NCBI GenBank assembly: GCA_052146555.1
Contig: JBKQMU010000083.1
Coordinates: 39,316 to 103,315, forward strand
Source of the DNA: Isosphaeraceae bacterium
Lineage (GTDB): Bacteria > Planctomycetota > Planctomycetia > Isosphaerales > Isosphaeraceae
DNA: 64,000 bases
Direction of reading: 5' to 3'
Position numbers and translations under genes: made by a program. The stretch's first letter is position 1. Each line of letters opens with the position of its first letter. Under the pieces are notes generated by a model that saw nothing but the letters and a program-made list of their open reading frames with translations, was not told the DNA's origin and made no database searches. Shown here in pieces: positions 58,996 to 64,000 of this stretch.

Positions 58996-60948
58996 ATGAA
59001 CTGGCCAGGGATGGCGTCGCCGAGACAGTACGTCCGGCGCTCTTGGCCCGAGCTGCTGCTGTGCCTTTTTGCAGCGTGTATTTTTCTGGGATCGTTGGGT
59101 TCACCGGAGCTCTGGGGCAAGCGCGAGCAGCGGGCTGCGGCCGAGGCACTGGACACGGTTCAGAACGGACGCTGGCTGGTCGCACAGATTCAGGGTCGCC
59201 CGCGGCTCGAGAAACCACCTCTGCCCCGCTGGGCTGCTGCTGTGCTTCTGCGTCTCAGCGGTCGCCGGGACGAGTGGGTCGTCCGCCTTCCTGGTACGGT
59301 TTCGGGCCTGGCAACGGTGATGGTGGTCTACCTCCTGGGGGCCCGGATCGGCGGCCGGTCGCTGGCAATTACGTCTGCCATGGCACTGTGCACAACGGGG
59401 CTGTTCATCGCGGAGCTCCGGCAGGCGGGCAACGACGGACCACTCGGCTGCTTCACCAGCCTGGCCCTTCTGGCCGCCTGGTGCCGCATCCACTCTACTA
59501 GGACTCTAGAACACCCGAGCTTCGGTAGCCCTGGCGTTGACACTAACCGCTGCAAAGGCCCTCGGGCCTGGGTGTTGCTCTTTTATGGTGCGCTGGGTCT
59601 GGGGTTCTTGTGCAAAGGGCCGATCATCTTGGCCCTCGTCGCCTGGTCGGTCGTTCCTTACCTGGCCTGCACCCACCGGTTGAAGTCAGGCCTACGCGCG
59701 CTGATCGATCCTGCCGGGCTACTGCTCTTTTTCGGGCTGGCCGCATGCTGGCCGATCCCGGTCCTGGTCGACGACCCAGGAGCGCTGGGCGTCTGGATCA
59801 CGGAGATGGGTCAAAAGACGGGAATGCTGCCAATTGCCCATCGGAACCGCGCCTCGCTCGAGCTGGTGCTGCCAGCACTTGCGTTGCCATGGCCGGTGGC
59901 AGGGCTCTCAGGCCTGCTTCTGCCCTTCTTTCACCGCCGCTTGCGACGGCACTCGTGGGTTCCCGGCTCAGTCTGGTTCCCTTGGTGGTGGGTCGTCGGA
60001 AATCTGGCCATGTTCCACACATGGGCCGTGGCGAAAGCCAACTACCTGGTGCCCTGCATGCCGGGACAGGCCCTCCTCATTGGCATGGCCTGGATTCATT
60101 TGAGCCGTGCCGCTCATGACCGGTGCCGAGGGGGACGGGGGGTTCTCGCGCGTGGCGCGATTCTACTTCAATGGCTCATTGTGTTGCTTTGCGGCATCAG
60201 CGTGGCCCTACTTGGCCACGTGTCGCTGGAGTCGGCTCCCCGTCCGGCGCTGGCGCTTTTGGTGGCAGCGGCGAGCTGCGGCGTTGCCGCTGGTTTCTGG
60301 ATATGGCAGCGCGGTTCCTGGGTGCTCTCGCTCTTGCCCGTCACGGCCGCCTGCGCCGTTGGCGTGATTGTTGGCTACGGGTTCGTTGCACCCTGCGACA
60401 ACCTCGCCCGGGGCCACCGGCAACTAGCCGGGCAGCTCGAAAGCCTCCTTCCCCCCGAGACGGAAACCGTCCACTTTTTCCACGAGATTGACGAAGGGCT
60501 ATGGTTTTACCTCCGCCAGCATCGCCTGGCTCCTGTGCCGGGAAGCCAGGCCCTGTACAGCAACAGCCACGACAGACTGTCGGACTTGATCGGCAGCGGA
60601 TCTACCCTGGGCCTTCATCCGCAGCCGTCTGCTACCCTCTTAAGCCAGCAGAAACCGGTCCTCCTCGACTGGCTTCGTCACGGGGAGGACGCGGGAGAAT
60701 ACCTCCTCATGCGCGCAACTCTCTATGATCGAATGGCTTCGGAGCTTACCGGACTTGTCAGTCCGCTCTACCGCGAACCCCAGCGGAAACGAAATAGCTT
60801 GGTTCTGCTCCAACGGCACCCCGCTACTTCAGTCCCTCCCTCTGCCGCCCGTCTGGCCGGCTTACGCATTGCCTGTCCTCGGGTGAACACATTGCCTGTC
60901 CTCGCACCCCCCGCACCCCCTGGCCTCGCATCCCCCGGCACCCCCTGA
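58996..60948 (+). CDS. ArnT-family (GT39) glycosyltransferase
   Basis: EQRAAAEAL...W, RLEKPPL, VVRLP, AGND, GFLCKGP, YLVPC; many TMs. The last about 27 codons lie in the repeat region. Confidence 0.88.
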   Translation: MNWPGMASPRQYVRRSWPELLLCLFAACIFLGSLGSPELWGKREQRAAAEALDTVQNGRWLVAQIQGRPRLEKPPLPRWAAAVLLRLSGRRDEWVVRLPGTVSGLATVMVVYLLGARIGGRSLAITSAMALCTTGLFIAELRQAGNDGPLGCFTSLALLAAWCRIHSTRTLEHPSFGSPGVDTNRCKGPRAWVLLFYGALGLGFLCKGPIILALVAWSVVPYLACTHRLKSGLRALIDPAGLLLFFGLAACWPIPVLVDDPGALGVWITEMGQKTGMLPIAHRNRASLELVLPALALPWPVAGLSGLLLPFFHRRLRRHSWVPGSVWFPWWWVVGNLAMFHTWAVAKANYLVPCMPGQALLIGMAWIHLSRAAHDRCRGGRGVLARGAILLQWLIVLLCGISVALLGHVSLESAPRPALALLVAAASCGVAAGFWIWQRGSWVLSLLPVTAACAVGVIVGYGFVAPCDNLARGHRQLAGQLESLLPPETETVHFFHEIDEGLWFYLRQHRLAPVPGSQALYSNSHDRLSDLIGSGSTLGLHPQPSATLLSQQKPVLLDWLRHGEDAGEYLLMRATLYDRMASELTGLVSPLYREPQRKRNSLVLLQRHPATSVPPSAARLAGLRIACPRVNTLPVLAPPAPPGLASPGTP

Positions 60949-61260
60949 GGTCCCAACGCACGGGGCACACGCATCGCCTGTTCTTGCAGAGCGTGTCCTT
61001 GCGGTGCGATTCCTCGCAGTGCGCTTGCAATGCATGTCCTTGCAGTCAGTCAGTGCAGTCAGTGAGTCAGTGAGTGTGTCCTTGCAGTCAGTGACAAAGG
61101 CTGGGCCCGATGAACCGCCGAGGGGCGTCCGCATTGCCTGTCCTTGCTTTGTCCTTGCTTTGTCCCTTTGTCCTTGCTTGCACACAAGGCTTCGCCCTCG
61201 CACACGCCGTTCGCATTGCCAGTCCTTGTGTCCTCTGCCGTGTCCTCGCACACGCTCCGC
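60866..61260 (+). repeat. Irregular array of six GCATTGCCTGTCCT(T/C)G-like cores with stuttered spacers
   Basis: Cores near 60866, 60889, 60971, 61027, 61131 and 61213; spacers built of GCACCCC, CAGT, TGTCCTTGCTT and CACAC reiterations. Confidence 0.85.
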
Positions 61261-61735
61261 GTACGTTGCACGCTGAGGTCCCGTTAAAGCCTGCCGCCTG
61301 GCGAAAACCTACAGTGGAAACGCATCGATCCGATGGCGTCAGCGCTGGCGGTTACCCAAGGTTCATCATGCCGAGAAGTCGGCTTACGCGGATTGTGCGG
61401 GCGCTTTCGTTTGTGCAGATTTCCTATTTTATCGGACCCCGACGACCGTCACGGCCGTCGTCGTAAAGTCTTGGTACAAAACACGAAGCGAATTCAAGAT
61501 GAGAGGTTTCGGTGTCGATAGAACGGTTAGCTCGCCGTGGAGCATCCAGGGCGAGAACTCGGGAGCACCCAATTGGTGGTATCGACTTGAGGAGAGACGC
61601 AAGCGTCTCGGGTCCCGGGAAGACCTGAACCGAAGGTCCGATGCCATGGACGACCGACACTTAGCAGGGTCAAGCGAAACGGCCGGCCGGAATCGCCACC
61701 CTCGATTTACCGTTAGCTATGGAGAGTATTCTCCC

Positions 61736-62365
61736 ATGTTGAAGTCCTTGACGTTGAGCCTCAGCCTCGCCGTTGCTCTTGGGTTTTGCAGCGTGAGCAT
61801 GGCAGGCCATGATGGTTGCTCGGGTTGTGGTCTGGCCTCTCCGCAGGCTGGCCCGGCCCCAAGCGCCCAGGGTCCGGTCGTGACTGGTTGTACGACCAGC
61901 TGCGCCCCCAAGAAGAGTTGCTTTAGCGGCCTGCATGGCCAGTTTAGCGGCCTGCAATGCAAGCTCAAGAGCCTCTGCAATCCTCCGGTCACGTACGAGT
62001 GGGTTCTGAAGAAGAAGGTTCTGTGGGGTCACCACGGCGGCGGTTGCGGCGGCGGCTACGCCGAACCTTGTGGCGCTGTCTATCCCACCAGCCAGGTTGT
62101 TCCTTCGGGCCAGGGCGTGCCGGCTCCTTCGGGCCAGGGCGTGATTCCGGCCCCCACGGGCCAGGGCGGCTACGCGGCTCCTCAGGTTGCACCTATCTAT
62201 GGCGCTGGCCAGCACGCCTACAAGGCGGCCAAGCCCACCGCGACGATCGCCTCGGTTCCTGCTGATATGTCCCCAGCCATCGCGGGCGAAGAAGCTCCTC
62301 CGGCTCCGGAAGTCAAGGAGACCAGCACGAGCGGCCTGCTCCTCCCGACCCCCTCGGGCAACTGA
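61736..62365 (+). CDS. Hypothetical secreted Gly/Cys/Pro-rich protein
   Basis: GGAG RBS, signal peptide MLKSLTLSLSLAVALGFCSVSMA, YEWVLKKK core, PSGQG repeats. Confidence 0.7.
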   Translation: MLKSLTLSLSLAVALGFCSVSMAGHDGCSGCGLASPQAGPAPSAQGPVVTGCTTSCAPKKSCFSGLHGQFSGLQCKLKSLCNPPVTYEWVLKKKVLWGHHGGGCGGGYAEPCGAVYPTSQVVPSGQGVPAPSGQGVIPAPTGQGGYAAPQVAPIYGAGQHAYKAAKPTATIASVPADMSPAIAGEEAPPAPEVKETSTSGLLLPTPSGN

Positions 62366-62476
62366 TCAAGCGGTTCCTAAAATTTCACCGAATGACGATC
62401 CTCGCAATGCTCAAACATTGCGAGGATCGTTGCTTTTCGAAGCCTGCTTTGCGGTCATCACGTCTCCAGGACGCGA

Positions 62477-62504
62477 TTGACAGACCTCCGTCTTTGTGCA
62501 TGAT
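62477..62504 (+). promoter_or_regulatory. Possible sigma70 promoter
   Basis: TTGACA-16 nt-CATGAT upstream of the FliF-like gene. Confidence 0.35.
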
Positions 62505-62677
62505 TCGAGCGCCGCAGGAAGCGCCGGACCATGAGCCCAGGGAAGGGTACGCCCGGCCGGACGAGGCACTCTCCAGGCACTCCGGCCATCGCCGCTTTGG
62601 GCCTCTCGCTTTCCCTCTTCCGTGCGGGTCGTGTGCTAGCACACACGAGGCAATCGCCGACGCCCTCGGGAGGGTCG

Positions 62678-64000
62678 ATGCCCGGCTTCACCTGGCCGTT
62701 TTCTGGTTCCTCACTGGGCCGCTTGGGCCGCTGGCTGCGGCAGCTTCGATCGGCCCTGGCCACGCTCCGCCCACCAGTGCGGTGGGCGCTGGCCGTCACG
62801 GCGCTTCTTGTGCTCTTGGTCCTAGCCCTGGTTATGATGCGCAGCCTGGCCTTAAGTTCGACCCAGAGCATATTTCTTCATTCCGGCCGCAGATACCAGC
62901 CTGGCGACCTGGCGAAGATCACGCGCGTGCTGGATCGGCTGCGGATCGATTACCGGGTCGACGACCAGCGGCGAATCGCGGTTCCGTCGGAACAGATCGA
63001 ACAGGCGGCCGCGGGGATCAGCAAGGTGGAGATCGGGCCGCGTCTCCCCGGTGAGATCCGCGATGACCCGTCGACAGTGGCCGGCTCATGGCTCGATACG
63101 CCTCACGACAAGGAGTTGCGCGAGCACCGCAGGCAAGAGCAGATCCTCCAGTCGATGATCAGCGATCTGGCCGGCATCATCGACGCCTTCGTCCTCATCA
63201 ATCGGCCCAAGCCGCGCGGCCTTGAGCCCGCGCCCAAACCTTCGGCATTCGTCCGGATCGAAACCGAAGGTGATCGTCAGCTCCCCTTCCGGACGGTGCA
63301 ATCGATCACGACGTACCTGACCGGCTACGTCCCGGGGCTCTCGGCCGATGCGATCACCGTGGTCGATCGCCGGGGTCACAATTATCTCGATGCCGGCAAT
63401 CCCGCCTTGAGCGCGCTCTCGCACAATCGAGCGCGTGAAGAAGAGCTGAGTGAGGAGATCCTCGAGAAGCTCGATTGGATCGAAGGGGTGCGGGTCTCGG
63501 TGCAGTTACCCGGGACGGCGGCAAGCAACCCCGGCACCGCGGCAAGTAACCCCGGCACGAAGTCCGTTAGCCAGGCTCGCGACCAGGCTGCCGTCGGGCC
63601 CGAGATCGAGCCCCAAACCGCATCTTCCGAGGTTCGCATCAATCGACCCATGACACTCGAGCAAGAGCCGACGGCCAGGGCCCTCGCGTCTCCCGCTTCG
63701 AGCCCGAGTGGCTCCGCGCGACAGCCTGCCGCGGGCGTACCCGTCGAGCTGGGCCGGGTCTGGGTGAAGATTCCGCGCAGCTATTTTCTCCGTGTCAGCC
63801 AGCGGCCCGGCCGCAAGGAACCACCCTACGACGAGCTCCAGAAGCTGATCGCCCTCACGGAAGAACAGATCAAAACAGGCATTGCGCATGTGCTCTCCGG
63901 CCCCACGGTCTGGGAGACGAAAATCGACGTGATCCGCGACCTTGTGCCGCTCGAAGAGCCCGCGATCGCCGCACCTCAAAGCGCCCGGCGATTCGTGCCC
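62678..64000 (+). CDS. FliF/YscJ-like ring protein (runs off the window)
   Basis: Not in the ORF track. Manual translation from ATG 62678 (GGGAGG RBS): TM helix, then IAVPSEQI..., LQSMISDLAGIIDAFVLINRP, PSAFVRIE, VPGLSADAITVVDRRG, LDWIEGVRVSV. Confidence 0.7.
   Translation, partial: MPGFTWPFSGSSLGRLGRWLRQLRSALATLRPPVRWALAVTALLVLLVLALVMMRSLALSSTQSIFLHSGRRYQPGDLAKITRVLDRLRIDYRVDDQRRIAVPSEQIEQAAAGISKVEIGPRLPGEIRDDPSTVAGSWLDTPHDKELREHRRQEQILQSMISDLAGIIDAFVLINRPKPRGLEPAPKPSAFVRIETEGDRQLPFRTVQSITTYLTGYVPGLSADAITVVDRRGHNYLDAGNPALSALSHNRAREEELSEEILEKLDWIEGVRVSVQLPGTAASNPGTAASNPGTKSVSQARDQAAVGPEIEPQTASSEVRINRPMTLEQEPTARALASPASSPSGSARQPAAGVPVELGRVWVKIPRSYFLRVSQRPGRKEPPYDELQKLIALTEEQIKTGIAHVLSGPTVWETKIDVIRDLVPLEEPAIAAPQSARRFVP

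Noticed and set aside
60866-61260. Stutter array as a CRISPR array
   Set aside because: Cores are only about 16 nt, spacing is irregular and spacers are low-complexity.

Overview
High-GC bacterial chromosomal segment. It is most likely from a planctomycete (Isosphaeraceae-like), inferred from a DUF1559 prepilin-like gene, LEPRxLL-type export motifs and G|PTAVEY Flp pilins. All calls come from motif reading by eye; no database searches were run. Housekeeping genes: eno (partial), tilS, a same-strand xseA-xseB-ispA-dxs-nadK block and a cobB-type sirtuin. That block is split by two accessory inserts. The first (dxs-nadK) holds an LRR-Roc-COR-TIR gene whose near-identical 66-bp LRR units vary at the predicted binding face. 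The second (xseA-xseB, about 11.6 kb) holds a CHAT protease-STAND ATPase-TPR gene bracketed by two copies of the xseA 3' end differing only at synonymous sites, three choice-of-anchor-E-like surface proteins, a BrnT-like toxin with an amber stop, and gene remnants. Elsewhere: a coupled MBOAT / SGNH / adenylation-domain / LpxL-like acyltransferase operon, a DAC-domain gene, a HigBA-like TA pair, duplicated Flp pilins, a 269-bp MITE-like element, several REP-like palindrome families, a recurring 'CATTGC(A/C)TGTCCTT + stuttered tail' motif, a 1279-aa orphan membrane protein and a partial FliF/YscJ-like gene. No rRNA, tRNA or CRISPR array was recognised.
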